From positions 2,816,001 to 2,880,000 of the forward strand of contig CAXXVL010000002.1 of assembly GCA_963667845.2 (NCBI GenBank): 64,000 bases of DNA, in the 5' to 3' direction. Position numbers and translations under genes: made by a program. The notes under the pieces were generated by a model. That model was not told the DNA's origin. It saw nothing but the letters and a program-made list of their open reading frames with translations, and made no database searches. This document shows positions 30,452-40,542 of the stretch, one piece after another. The stretch is from Smithellaceae bacterium (lineage in GTDB: Bacteria; Desulfobacterota; Syntrophia; Syntrophales; Smithellaceae). How positions within the stretch are numbered: position 1 is the stretch's first letter; each line of letters starts with the position of its first letter.

Positions 30452-31978
30452 TTATTCCGCAGTCATTACTTCGGTGATTTTCCGGGAAACTTCCTGAAGC
30501 GTGAAGGGCTTTTTCAGAAAGTGCCTTACGCCTTTTTCCATGATGGCGTTTACGGCGCCGCTCATGCTGTAGCCGCTGCACAGAATCACTTTTACCGAGG
30601 GATTGATTGCCCGGATGAGATCGATGGCTTCACCGCCGCCCATTCCGGGCATGACAATGTCCATGATGACCAAATCGATATGGTCGCCGCATTTCTGATA
30701 GAGGGAGACCGCTTCTTCGCCGCCGGAGGCGATGATCACGTCGTAGCCTAAGGCCGAAAGCATGGCGCTCGTGACATGCGTGATTACTTTTTCGTCGTCA
30801 ACGAGCAGGACGGTCTCGCTTTCCGTTCGGGTCTTCGTAGCGGCGTATTCCGGTTTCTTCTTATGCGGCGTTTTAGAGGATGCCGGAAGATAAACATGAA
30901 TTGCGCTACCGCTTGCGGGATCGCTTTCGACTTCGATCATTCCTTCATGGCCCTTGATGATGCCACAGGCGAAGGAGAGATCGATGCCGTCGGGACAATC
31001 GGCATCTTGGAGAACGGCGGGGCTGAAGAGTCGATGACTCAGCGACTCGTTCATGCACGCCTCGGGCATGGAGAGAGAAACTCGAACGTAAGGTCCCGGT
31101 TTGATGGCGTGCCGCAGAGCGCTTGATCCCGCAAGCACGTCATTATCCGTTTTTAACAGGAGTGTTCCGTGTGCGGGTAAGATGCCTGCGGCGGCGGCAA
31201 AGATACTCCGGAAACCCTGCTCCAGAATCGTTACGTCTGCCTCAACAGCCCAGACGTACGTCGAATACTGCTCAGTGATGTGTATATCGTTCCGCGCCCG
31301 GCGAATCACGGCTGCCAAGCCGGCAATGAAGCCGTTCAGTTCAAGGGTCTTGAATTCGATTCGACCATCCCGCGCCCTCTCCAACAGTTGCTCGGTTAAA
31401 TTTGAACCGCATTTGATCTGCTCTTCGATGGCCTTCAGTTTTGTATAATGGTCGTGGGCGGGCAACGTGTCGATCAGCATGAGCGATACATAGCCCTGAA
31501 TCCCCATTAAAATATTATTGAACTCATGGGCCACGCCGCAGGCCATCGATCGGCCGGCTTCCATGATCTGGGTATGCTGAAGATCGGCCTCTCTCTTCCT
31601 TTCCTCCGTGACGTCGTTACAGATGATCAGGAAGCTGCTACTTTCCAATTTCAGGGATGTGAACGAAACAAGTTTTTCCCGGCCCTGATGGGTCACGATT
31701 GATGCCGTATAAGTTCTCTTCCCCTCGGTCTGCGTGTAGGGAATTTCATGGAACAGGATGCCGCGGGCCTGCTTTCTGAAATCATGATCGGGAAAGCATG
31801 TATCCAGCCACTGGGATAAACTCAAAGATTTCGGATAATCATAACCAAAGATGTGAGCGAATTGATTATTGCGGTATTCAATGTCGTATTCGGGGTTGAC
31901 CAGTAGCAGACCGAAAGGAATCGTGTCCGTGATATTTTTAAAAAATGGTTTCTGATCGCTTTTAATGTTTTTATCCAT
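30452..31978 (-). CDS. PAS-domain hybrid histidine kinase/receiver with degenerate ATPase domain
   Basis: PAS-like N-terminus, H-box GVAHEFNN, receiver LLVDDE...MDIVMP...KPF. Start uncertain (ORF track extends to 32095). Confidence 0.82.
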   Translation of the reverse strand: MDKNIKSDQKPFFKNITDTIPFGLLLVNPEYDIEYRNNQFAHIFGYDYPKSLSLSQWLDTCFPDHDFRKQARGILFHEIPYTQTEGKRTYTASIVTHQGREKLVSFTSLKLESSSFLIICNDVTEERKREADLQHTQIMEAGRSMACGVAHEFNNILMGIQGYVSLMLIDTLPAHDHYTKLKAIEEQIKCGSNLTEQLLERARDGRIEFKTLELNGFIAGLAAVIRRARNDIHITEQYSTYVWAVEADVTILEQGFRSIFAAAAGILPAHGTLLLKTDNDVLAGSSALRHAIKPGPYVRVSLSMPEACMNESLSHRLFSPAVLQDADCPDGIDLSFACGIIKGHEGMIEVESDPASGSAIHVYLPASSKTPHKKKPEYAATKTRTESETVLLVDDEKVITHVTSAMLSALGYDVIIASGGEEAVSLYQKCGDHIDLVIMDIVMPGMGGGEAIDLIRAINPSVKVILCSGYSMSGAVNAIMEKGVRHFLKKPFTLQEVSRKITEVMTAE

Positions 31979-32202
31979 GGGTCTCAATACCGTTAAAATG
32001 CACGGAAAGACGACAATCATTATGCACGAAAGATGAGAGAAAATATCCGGCCGAACGTTCGGATCACTGAAAATATATAGGGTTATGTATAGCAAGTCAA
32101 ACTAATTATTAGCATTCTAGCGCGACGGGGATAAGCGACCCGGTCGAAGTCGGCCGGAAGAGGATAATGATCACGAATATCTCAGATGACCCGGTCACAG
32201 AA

Positions 32203-35200
32203 TTAACAGACGATATGTTCGATTTCCTGAATCAGATGCTGGATCCTTTTGGGCGAAACAGGATAGGGGGTCTTGAGTTCCTGGGCAAAGAGGGACACTT
32301 TGTATTCCTCGATCATCCAGTAAAGTTCGTCCACTTTTTGCCTCTTTTCTTCTGATGGAGCGGATGTGGTACGACTTGTTATATCCTGGAGTTGATTTGT
32401 ATAAACGGCGACGTCCCGCAATTTGTTTTCCATGGCCGACAGGTTCAGCGTACCGCGCTCAGCCCGTATCGCGACCGCCTTGATATAGCGTGGTAAGTTG
32501 CGCAAACGATCAAAGGAATAAAGGACGGGAAAATTTACAGGAACGAGTTCGTAGAGTTCCTGATGGCTTCCTTTCAGAAATTGGCTCAAGGAGGTATGAG
32601 ATCGGTTTTTTTGCGCAAGCTTTTGCAGCACATCGTGTGTTTCCGTAAAACTTTTGAGGACCGGCGTTATGGCGTCAATGACCTGCTGTCCGTATTGCAG
32701 GATCTTTAGAGCGATGGTTTCGGCATGATCCGTAAATTCTTTTGGGCCGCGCCAGGATTGTTGAAACAAATCCCGTTTAACGCGATCGAGGACGGCTTGT
32801 TCGATGTGTTTGGGGCTGCCGATATTCGTGGCCCGCTTTTTCAGGTCGCCTCCGAGAATGATATTCTTTTTCAGTTGCCTGAGCTTTTCCGCAAAGAAAA
32901 ATTCGTAAAGCATTCCGACGCCCTGGCGATGATTTGCGGAAGCTTCCTGAGGATCGGCAAAAAGACGAAGATTGACGACGCCGTTGACAACATGCAGTGC
33001 AGGATAGGCATAGCCCGTCAATCCGTGTTTTCCCATGAGCTCAATGCTTTCGGGCAACTGTCCAAAATCCCAGCTGGTGACGGATTCACGTTCCCACTGC
33101 CGGCGATAAGCGGCAAGTGAAGTGCGCTCGACTTCCGAGGCAAGATCTCTTTGCAGTTCTGTGATATCACGGCTCGTCTTGATTTCGCATCCGCGATCAT
33201 CGATCACGCTGTAACGGATATTCAAATGGGCCGGCAATTCAGTGTGCGTCCAGAAATCGACCGGCACGGTCAGTTGATATTCGCGGGATAAGAAACCACT
33301 CAAAGCTTGCGGCAATGCCGCATCCTCAAGTCCGCTCTGCCGGCCGAATGATTCCGCTATCTGAATGGCCGGCGGCAGCTTTTGCCTCGCCTGCTTTGGC
33401 AGAGATTTCAGCATATGCACCGTTTTCTCATGCAGCAGGGACGGCAGATGCCGCTCCATATTTAGAGAAGCGGCCTTGGAGACCATACCGAGAGGTACTT
33501 GAACCGTAACGCCGTCCGCGGCTTGACCGGGTTCAAACCGATACCGGCAGGCAAGCGAAGCCGCACCGATTTTTATATGATCAGGATATTGCTGCAATTC
33601 CTCCGGATCGGGCTCGTGGTCGATGAAGTCTTCTTCGCAAAACCGGAGGAAATCATCGCCTCCTCTGTCCTTAATCAACTTCTGTAGGGATCGGATATCC
33701 GAAAGCTCGGGAAGCCTCTGCTCATAAAGCCCGGCGATCGTTTCTTCATCCACGGCAATGCCGCGCTTGCGCAGCTTATCCTCCACGGACTTTGTCTTCT
33801 CCCATAAAGCTAAGTTGTGCTCGAGAAAGGGGAGCTTTCGTGCAACTTCGCCGGTGACCAGCGCCTCGCGGATGAATATTTTTTTGGCTTCCTCCGGATT
33901 GATCCGGTCATACTGAACCGTCCTCTGATCAACAATCGTCAACCCGAATAAGATGACTTTCTCCAGGGCAACGACCTGGCCGCGGTTCTTCTCCCAGTGT
34001 GCCGCCCAGTGTATATACCGGCAATGCTCCCGGCCCAGCTCTTCGAGCCATTCGCTCTTGATATTGGCCGCGTTGCGTGCAAAAACCCGGGACGTCAGGC
34101 TGATGTCCGCAGCGACGATCCACGGTCCGCCCCGGTTGAAAAGGCCGGAGCCGGGAAACAACATGACCTCGCGGCTTTTTGCAGCGGTGTAGAAATTCTT
34201 CTCTTTCTTCTGGGCAATGTTGGACAGGTATCCGCTGAGAATACAGCGATGAATTTTGTCGGCGATTGTCTGATCGATGTCGATTTTCGCCTGTTTCCCG
34301 GGGCGTTGTGCAGAATGTCTTCCGCTGATGATTTCCAGAATCTGATGATAAATATCCCGCCATTCCCTCATCCGGCGATACGAAAGAAAATGATCCCGGC
34401 AGAATCTTCTCCATGTGCCCTGCGACTGCATCTTTTCGAGAGATTCGGAATAGTGGTTCCAGATGCGCAGGTAGGTGAGAAAATCCGATTCGGGATGCTG
34501 GAAGAGAGCATGGGCCGCAGCAGCCTGATCGATTTTATCATAGGGACGTTCACGGGGGTCCTGGATGCTGAGCGCTGCGGCAATGACGGCTATTTCATTG
34601 ATGCAGCCCTCTTTCTTCGCTTCAATGATCATCCGTGATATCCGGGGATCCAAGGGAAATTGGGACATGGTCTGTCCGATTTCCGTCAGTTGATAACGTT
34701 CAACCTCTGCTTCAGTCTCGTCGCGGGTGATCGCGCCGAGATCGCGCAGGGTTTCGATGCCGTCGCGGATATTTTTGGGATTTGGGCGGTCAATGAACGG
34801 GAACGAGGTTATCAAACCGAGATTCAGAGTGAGCATGCGGAGAATAACACCGGCCAGATTGGATCGCAGAATCTCCGGTGTCGTATAGAGCGGCCGGTCC
34901 GCGAAATCCTCGCGGGAGTATAGACGGATGCAGATGCCGTTTTGAACGCGGCCGCATCGGCCCTTGCGCTGCTCGGCGCTGCTTCGTGAAACGGGCTTGA
35001 TAGGAAGACCGGTGGTTTGACTTCGGGGATTGTATTCCAGAATCCGGGCGAGGCCCGAATCAATTACATATTTAATGCCTGGAATCGTCAGAGACGTTTC
35101 CGCGATATTGGTGGCAACAATGATTTTCTGTTCGTCCGCGGGGCTGAAAACAAGTCTCTGGGCGCCGCCGGATAGACTGGCGTAAAGGGGCAGGATGAGA

Positions 35201-36165
35201 CCTGACGTTCGTTTTGCCAGGCGTCCGCAGGTTTCGCGAATATCCTGCTCGGTGGGCAGAAAGATCAGGATATCTCCAAAATGTCTTTCCTGCTGCAGCT
35301 TCTCCACACAAAGGACAACTTCATCGACGTATGTGGTTTCGCCTTTTTCCTCTCGGACGGGATCGATCGGATGGTAGCGCACCTCCACCGGGTACATCCT
35401 TCCGGAAACTTCAATCACCGGGGCATCGTCAAATGCCTCCGAGAACTTTGAGGTATCAATCGTTGCGGAAGTGATAATCAGCTTCAGGTCCTTTCGTCGG
35501 GTGAGCAGCGTGCGGAGATACCCGAGGAGAAAGTCGATGTTGAGGCTGCGTTCATGGGCTTCATCCACGATGATCGTATCATAAGCCAGCAAGTCCCTGT
35601 CCCGGACCGTTTCGGCAAGCAGGATGCCGTCCGTCATGACTTTGATAAGCGGTTCCGCCGATGTTTTTTCTTCAAAGCGGATTTTATACGATACGGCCTC
35701 TCCCGAGGATTGACCGATTTCCGCGGCAATGCGCGCAGCAATACTGACGGCGGCGATCCTTCGGGGTTGGGTAAGTCCGATCAGGCCGCGCAGGCCGAGA
35801 CGTGCCGCCAGGCACATCTTGGGGATCTGCGTCGTTTTGCCCGATCCGGTTTCGCCGGTTATGATGACCACCTGATTCCTGCAGATGGTATCGATGATCA
35901 AGTCACGTTTTGCCGTGATGGGAAGTTCGGGAGAAAAGCGAATGTCCGGGACCTTTCGCTTTCGATTCTCCAAACGGCTGCGGGAAACCGCAAACCTCTT
36001 CTGCAGCCTGTCAATATGCTGTGTCAGGTCGTGGTGCGTCACCCTGCGGTTTTCTATGATTTTAATGTCGTGCAGAAGGCGGCGGTAATCGGCGATCATG
36101 ACATCGCCGGCGTGGCGTTCAATATAATGGCCGGTCAGGATTTCCGGATGATTTTTCGACAACAT
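32203..36165 (-). CDS. hrpA: ATP-dependent RNA helicase HrpA
   Basis: GETGSGKTTQ, DEAHERSLN, SAT, QRKGRCGR; C-terminal W.IEE..VSLFAQEL.T..PVS; GGAGG RBS before 36165. Confidence 0.95.
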   Translation of the reverse strand: MLSKNHPEILTGHYIERHAGDVMIADYRRLLHDIKIIENRRVTHHDLTQHIDRLQKRFAVSRSRLENRKRKVPDIRFSPELPITAKRDLIIDTICRNQVVIITGETGSGKTTQIPKMCLAARLGLRGLIGLTQPRRIAAVSIAARIAAEIGQSSGEAVSYKIRFEEKTSAEPLIKVMTDGILLAETVRDRDLLAYDTIIVDEAHERSLNIDFLLGYLRTLLTRRKDLKLIITSATIDTSKFSEAFDDAPVIEVSGRMYPVEVRYHPIDPVREEKGETTYVDEVVLCVEKLQQERHFGDILIFLPTEQDIRETCGRLAKRTSGLILPLYASLSGGAQRLVFSPADEQKIIVATNIAETSLTIPGIKYVIDSGLARILEYNPRSQTTGLPIKPVSRSSAEQRKGRCGRVQNGICIRLYSREDFADRPLYTTPEILRSNLAGVILRMLTLNLGLITSFPFIDRPNPKNIRDGIETLRDLGAITRDETEAEVERYQLTEIGQTMSQFPLDPRISRMIIEAKKEGCINEIAVIAAALSIQDPRERPYDKIDQAAAAHALFQHPESDFLTYLRIWNHYSESLEKMQSQGTWRRFCRDHFLSYRRMREWRDIYHQILEIISGRHSAQRPGKQAKIDIDQTIADKIHRCILSGYLSNIAQKKEKNFYTAAKSREVMLFPGSGLFNRGGPWIVAADISLTSRVFARNAANIKSEWLEELGREHCRYIHWAAHWEKNRGQVVALEKVILFGLTIVDQRTVQYDRINPEEAKKIFIREALVTGEVARKLPFLEHNLALWEKTKSVEDKLRKRGIAVDEETIAGLYEQRLPELSDIRSLQKLIKDRGGDDFLRFCEEDFIDHEPDPEELQQYPDHIKIGAASLACRYRFEPGQAADGVTVQVPLGMVSKAASLNMERHLPSLLHEKTVHMLKSLPKQARQKLPPAIQIAESFGRQSGLEDAALPQALSGFLSREYQLTVPVDFWTHTELPAHLNIRYSVIDDRGCEIKTSRDITELQRDLASEVERTSLAAYRRQWERESVTSWDFGQLPESIELMGKHGLTGYAYPALHVVNGVVNLRLFADPQEASANHRQGVGMLYEFFFAEKLRQLKKNIILGGDLKKRATNIGSPKHIEQAVLDRVKRDLFQQSWRGPKEFTDHAETIALKILQYGQQVIDAITPVLKSFTETHDVLQKLAQKNRSHTSLSQFLKGSHQELYELVPVNFPVLYSFDRLRNLPRYIKAVAIRAERGTLNLSAMENKLRDVAVYTNQLQDITSRTTSAPSEEKRQKVDELYWMIEEYKVSLFAQELKTPYPVSPKRIQHLIQEIEHIVC

Positions 36166-36646
36166 TTTCCTCCCTTGTCTCGCATATGCCCTATATTTCA
36201 TAACCGCCTGTGCGATGTCAATGTCAGAAATGTTTCTTCACCTGAATGGCCGATGGACTTCACTTCAATTCATACATAAACGCAGTGTGTGCCGTATTCA
36301 AGGTTGACGTGATTGCTTTCGATTCCTTTGCGGAAAAACAGGAGGGCCTGCCTGCGAAATTCTTATGATGATTGGCGCAAGCAGTAATTTGCGGCCGATT
36401 CGGCCAAAGATGCCGGCATTATTGCGCACGCGCTGCCCCGGCGGCCGATTGTGAATCATCCTTCAGCGGTCGGGTTCACTCGCGATATGAAAAGGACCTT
36501 CAAGGTATCCGGTATTGCAGGGGCGGGAAGATTCTTTCCGGCAAACGTCGATCTGGAAAGTATTCAGTTGTTGAGGATGGGAAATTTTGGCCTCCGCTAT
36601 GCGGGATAAGCGAAACAAACCGTTTCCTGCCGGACTCGGAGTTTCG

Positions 36647-38218
36647 CTAACGTCTCCACCCGAAATCAATCCGCATATCCCTGGGGGCTTCCATATCGAC
36701 GCTGGTCCCGATCCGTTTCTTTTGTGAAGGCGACAAGTCCAAAAACCAGACAAATTTAGTCGAGTCTTTTTCCGACGGGTCCGGCTGATGTTTGAAGGAT
36801 AGCTTTATTCTTTCGTCGCGGGGCTGCGGAATGGGCTCTTCGATGCGCACCCTGACCGGCGTGCGGCCGGCATTCCGGGCTTCAATGAGCCACTGCCATT
36901 GCCGTGTTTGTTTATTCTGAAAGAATTTAGCAGCGCCCGTTTGATCAGTCATTGTTAAAGAAGTGACAGTCACGAAAGGAGTGCTGCCGAAATAAATATC
37001 CGCCTCGGTTCCGGCAAGGGCGAAGGTCCGCTTACCGATCACAGCTCCGTCGATGACGAACGTCGCCTGCCCGGGAGGTACATCAACAGGCCCGGCCAGT
37101 TTGACCCCTGCTTGAAGAAACGCCTGCGGTGACAAACTCGGGCGGGCCAAAAAAACAAACTGGGCCGGCCATGATTCTTCTTTGATTTTTAAACGCTGTC
37201 GCGGGCCTGCCGTGATCGTTTTCTTGCCCAGCGTCCAGACCGAGTAATTTGTATGGGTCGTTTCGACCGGAGCCGACTCCTCTGCAGTATTATCGGCATC
37301 GGATAGACTGAGCCGGGCCGGAGCTGACTTCTCTCGCCGCGATGATTTGTAAACTTCGGCTGTTCTCGGTTTAATGACCCACTCGGGCAGGTCCTGGGGC
37401 GAGAGGGTCCGCAAAGGCTGCAGCGTGGCAATCCGGATCAGTGCGAGATTCCAGTCGTTGCCCGTGGATTGCCAGATTTCTGCGTCCCAGGAAAAGAGGA
37501 TAGTGTTTGAAGACGGCAGCGCTTCCATCCGATAAAGGGGCAGCCAGCCGCAGCCGCGCAGCATATAGCTATAGTGAAGCATCGCATCCTGGCCTGCAAT
37601 CCCGGATAGAGTAATGGCGGCTTCCCATGCTTTTTCATTCTTTCCGGCAGTCTGGGTGATGTTGTCCTGAAGTTCCTTGATTTGTTTTTCGATCCGTTCC
37701 AGATCGGTTTCGATCGAATTCTTTTCCGTAAGAATTTTGCGGCTGTTTCTGCCGATGGTCGAAGCCAGGGCATCCGCCTCGGCGATCGTTTTCGTTTTTG
37801 CCTTGGTCTGCGCCTGCCAGAACTGAAGTTGAATGTCCAATGCCTGGCTTCGGGCGTGCATCTCCTTTTTTTCATTTCGGGCTTTTTTGAGCTGGCTTCT
37901 TAGTTGGGAGATTCGGTTTTCATCGACGCGCAGGACCTGTTTTATCTGGATATCTTCAATTCGCGGCCGGTTGGCTCCCGACACGGAAACAGCCAGGGAC
38001 TCCGGATCGGTCTGCGGAGGCAAAGAAATAATCACCTGGTTATTGCCGGCGCCTGCGGGGGGAGCACCGATCTTCATGCTTTCTTCTATGCTTGCGGAAT
38101 TGGGAAAAAGTGTAACCTCTTTTACGACGGCTCCGGATACGCCGGGCATAACGGACCAAGAAATGAAAATCATCGCCAGCGCCAACACGAGCGAACACTT
38201 CCGTTTGTTCACTATCAT
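36647..38218 (-). CDS. DUF4140/DUF4139 (MuiA-like) exported protein
   Basis: Signal peptide, VTLFP..A, coiled coil, W.P.YR, Q.TG.DW motifs. Confidence 0.82.
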   Translation of the reverse strand: MIVNKRKCSLVLALAMIFISWSVMPGVSGAVVKEVTLFPNSASIEESMKIGAPPAGAGNNQVIISLPPQTDPESLAVSVSGANRPRIEDIQIKQVLRVDENRISQLRSQLKKARNEKKEMHARSQALDIQLQFWQAQTKAKTKTIAEADALASTIGRNSRKILTEKNSIETDLERIEKQIKELQDNITQTAGKNEKAWEAAITLSGIAGQDAMLHYSYMLRGCGWLPLYRMEALPSSNTILFSWDAEIWQSTGNDWNLALIRIATLQPLRTLSPQDLPEWVIKPRTAEVYKSSRREKSAPARLSLSDADNTAEESAPVETTHTNYSVWTLGKKTITAGPRQRLKIKEESWPAQFVFLARPSLSPQAFLQAGVKLAGPVDVPPGQATFVIDGAVIGKRTFALAGTEADIYFGSTPFVTVTSLTMTDQTGAAKFFQNKQTRQWQWLIEARNAGRTPVRVRIEEPIPQPRDERIKLSFKHQPDPSEKDSTKFVWFLDLSPSQKKRIGTSVDMEAPRDMRIDFGWRR

Positions 38219-38236
38219 ATTCCAGGGTCTCCTTTT

Positions 38237-39562
38237 TTATGGATTCAGGCTCTTTTTTATTTGAACAGCGATTTTTCGCACTTCGTTCATGACGTCAGAT
38301 TCATTGATGGTTAAGAGACGACGGTCTTCCATGACCACTTTGCCATTGATAATGACCGTATCGACATCGGCGCCGCCGGCTGCATAAACCAGATGAGAGT
38401 ATACATTGTAAATCGGTGTTAAATGCGGCTTGTTGAGACCGATCACGATGATGTCCGCTTTTTTCCCGACGTCGAGCGATCCTGTAAGGTGTTCCATGCC
38501 GATAGCTCTGGCGCCGTTCAGAGTCGCCATGCGTACGACGGTTGTTGCGTCCATCACCGTCGGATTGAGGCTCGCGACTTTGTGAAGTTTAGCTGCGGTC
38601 GACATTTCCTTGATCATATCGAGCGTATTGTTGCTGGCGCAGCCATCCGTGCCGAGACCGACGGTAATGCCGGCTGCGATCATGTCCGGAACCGGCGGGA
38701 TCCCGTTGGCCAGCTTCATATTGCTTGCCGGATTGTGAGACACTTTGCAGCCCTTTTCGCCGAGGAGCTTGATTTCCTCGGGTGATAGACAAACACAGTG
38801 AAAGGCCAGCAGCCTTTCATTGAGATAGCCGATGTCATCAAGAAAGGAAATGGCGCTTTTCCCGAATTTTTGCTGCAGCTGTTCGAGCTCCGCTTTGTTC
38901 TCCAGAAGATGAGTGCCGATCATCAGCTGATAATCGTCGGCAATCTCCTTGGCGCCGGCGAGCAGGGCAGGCGAGCAGGTGTAAAGGCTATGCGGTTCAA
39001 CGATAATGTTAATAAGCGGGTCACCCCGCCATTTTTCGGCGAGCCGGCGCGTGTAGGCAAAACCTTCGTCCGGCGTTTTGCAACTGGGGGAAGGGAAATC
39101 AAAGAGGACTTCGCCGATGAGACAACGCACGCCGGCCTCTTTTGCCGCCCGGGCGGTTTCCTCTTCAAAGATGTACATGTCGCAAAAGGTTGTTGTTCCG
39201 GATTTGATCATTTCGGCGCAGGCCAGCAGTGATCCCCAGTAAGCGAGGTGAGGGTTGACGTTTTTCGCTTCGGCGGGGAAAATATAGTTGTTGAGCCAAT
39301 CCATCAGCTCCCGATCGTCAGCGATCCCGCGAAAACAGGTCATGGCCGCGTGCGTATGCGTGTTGACGAAGCCAGGCATCACCAGTGAGCCGTCGGCGGT
39401 GATTATTTTCTTTGCGGTATATTTCTGGAGAATGGCTTCTTTGGGGCCAATATCAATAATGGAAGAGGCGTTGATGGCGATGCCGGCATTTTCCAGGCAC
39501 GTGTTATTATTATCCATGAGCAGGGCAGTCCCGCCGGAGACGATGAGATCGATTTGGTGCAT
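38237..39562 (-). CDS. mtaD: 5-methylthioadenosine/SAH deaminase-like amidohydrolase
   Basis: PGFVNTHTH, DMY, H..E, HNP.SNMKL, GTDG.ASNN.LD. Confidence 0.82.
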   Translation of the reverse strand: MHQIDLIVSGGTALLMDNNNTCLENAGIAINASSIIDIGPKEAILQKYTAKKIITADGSLVMPGFVNTHTHAAMTCFRGIADDRELMDWLNNYIFPAEAKNVNPHLAYWGSLLACAEMIKSGTTTFCDMYIFEEETARAAKEAGVRCLIGEVLFDFPSPSCKTPDEGFAYTRRLAEKWRGDPLINIIVEPHSLYTCSPALLAGAKEIADDYQLMIGTHLLENKAELEQLQQKFGKSAISFLDDIGYLNERLLAFHCVCLSPEEIKLLGEKGCKVSHNPASNMKLANGIPPVPDMIAAGITVGLGTDGCASNNTLDMIKEMSTAAKLHKVASLNPTVMDATTVVRMATLNGARAIGMEHLTGSLDVGKKADIIVIGLNKPHLTPIYNVYSHLVYAAGGADVDTVIINGKVVMEDRRLLTINESDVMNEVRKIAVQIKKSLNP

Positions 39563-39672
39563 GTGTTGATCCTTTCTGAGAGATGCAGATGCTTATCATA
39601 AAATTCTGACATTCTTCAAGAAACAAAAAGAAATTCTTTTCCCGGGAAACGCCGCCGACGGTGATCAAATCC

Positions 39673-39701
39673 TTGACACGCCAAACTAAAAATAATATAA
39701 G
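39673..39701 (+). promoter_or_regulatory. sigma70 promoter of tRNA-Leu
   Basis: TTGACA (39673-39678)-N17-TATAAG (39696-39701). Confidence 0.7.
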
Positions 39702-39733
39702 CCGAAAAGTTTCTTTCGTGATTCAGCGGGTTG

Positions 39734-39821
39734 GCCTGGGTGGCGGAACTGGTAGACGCAAGGGACTTAAAATCCCTCGTTGTTTGACAACGTGTCGGTT
39801 CGATTCCGACCCCAGGTACCA
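39734..39821 (+). tRNA. tRNA-Leu (anticodon TAA)
   Basis: Acceptor GCCTGGG/CCCAGGT, D arm TGGCGGAACTGGTAGACGC, anticodon arm AGGGA-CTTAAAA-TCCCT, long variable arm, GGTTCGATTCC, encoded ACCA. Confidence 0.97.
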
Positions 39822-39890
39822 GTTATTAAAGGGCTTATGCAGTTCATGTGGACTGATGGGCCCTTTGTTTGTTTCCGCGAGCGGTCATTT

Positions 39891-39911
39891 TGTCCCCACT
39901 CTGTCCCCACT
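39891..39911. repeat. Tandem direct repeat TGTCCCCACT x2 (candidate integrase arm-type sites)
   Basis: 39891-39900 and 39902-39911, 70 bp from the tRNA 3' end. Confidence 0.6.
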
Positions 39912-39959
39912 ATTTTTAAATACCCATGATCGGTTGGCTGTGTCACCTTAGTACCGCGT

Positions 39960-40051
39960 TACCTCCGCTAGAGGTACGGCCTTAACGGTCAAGCGGGATT
40001 GCGCGCAGGCCTTGTGGGGAGGCCCCGCGCCCCGCGAGTTTTGACCTGGCC
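39960..40051. other. GC-rich structured non-coding element (two hairpins)
   Basis: TACCTC/GAGGTA stem, then nested GGTCAA/TTGACC, GCGGG/CCCGC, GCGCG/CGCGC, GGCCT/AGGCC stems. Confidence 0.55.
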
Positions 40052-40106
40052 TAGCCTCCGCAGGATAACGCTCAATGTAGACTGCATCACATCAGCCTGC
40101 CTGGGG

Positions 40107-40298
40107 GAAAAGAATGCTTCCCGGCAAGGCACCCGGGAGGCTTGAATTTTAAACGTGTGGGGGTATAGAGTCTCTTGTATCCCTTCCATGTACGCATTAC
40201 GCGCCTCAAAAAATTTCTTCTTGGCAGACCCCACCCCATCGTCCATAAGTTAAGTTTAATACACAAAACGACTTGCCGGAATTTCAAAAAAATAAAAA
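40107..40298. repeat. Diverged ~190 bp direct repeat, copy 1
   Basis: Blocks AAAAGAATGCTT, TATCCCTTCCAT, GCATTAC, AGACCCCACCC, TTAAGTTT, AATTTCAAAAAAA shared in the same order and similar spacing with 42920-43114. Confidence 0.75.
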
Positions 40299-40542
40299 AG
40301 CAATACCAAACTGGATTGTAAACAAGCTGAGTCAGTAAACAGGCGGGGTGCGCAATGATTGATGCTTTCAGGTGGTGAGGGAAATATATTCGTATCTCCA
40401 GGGCAACGGCGCGGGAAATCAAAGCAAGGTTCGCCGTCAGGTATGGAAGAGAAAAGCCTACAACAAGATAATGTTTTAAATAAATATTAAAGCATAATAA
40501 TGGTTTGCCGCTAGATATTGTGGTACATTAAATCAAAAAGAA

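Noticed and set aside
28552..39562. A methionine-salvage gene cluster (MtnX-like, aminotransferase, MtaD)
   Set aside because: Genes are not contiguous, family-level motifs do not fix substrates, and other pathway genes are absent from the window.
1565..39612. Numerous antisense and alternate-frame ORFs in the track over core genes
   Set aside because: They overlap well-supported genes and lack motifs or RBSs; expected shadows in moderately GC-rich coding DNA.
39661..39951. 96 aa ORF over the tRNA
   Set aside because: Shadow of tRNA-Leu and its promoter.
39989..40422. Minus-strand ORFs 39989..40246 and 40087..40422 (and 42769..43047, 43010..43195) as genes or an intI remnant
   Set aside because: No tyrosine recombinase motifs; similarity between the copies switches frames, fitting a non-coding repeat.
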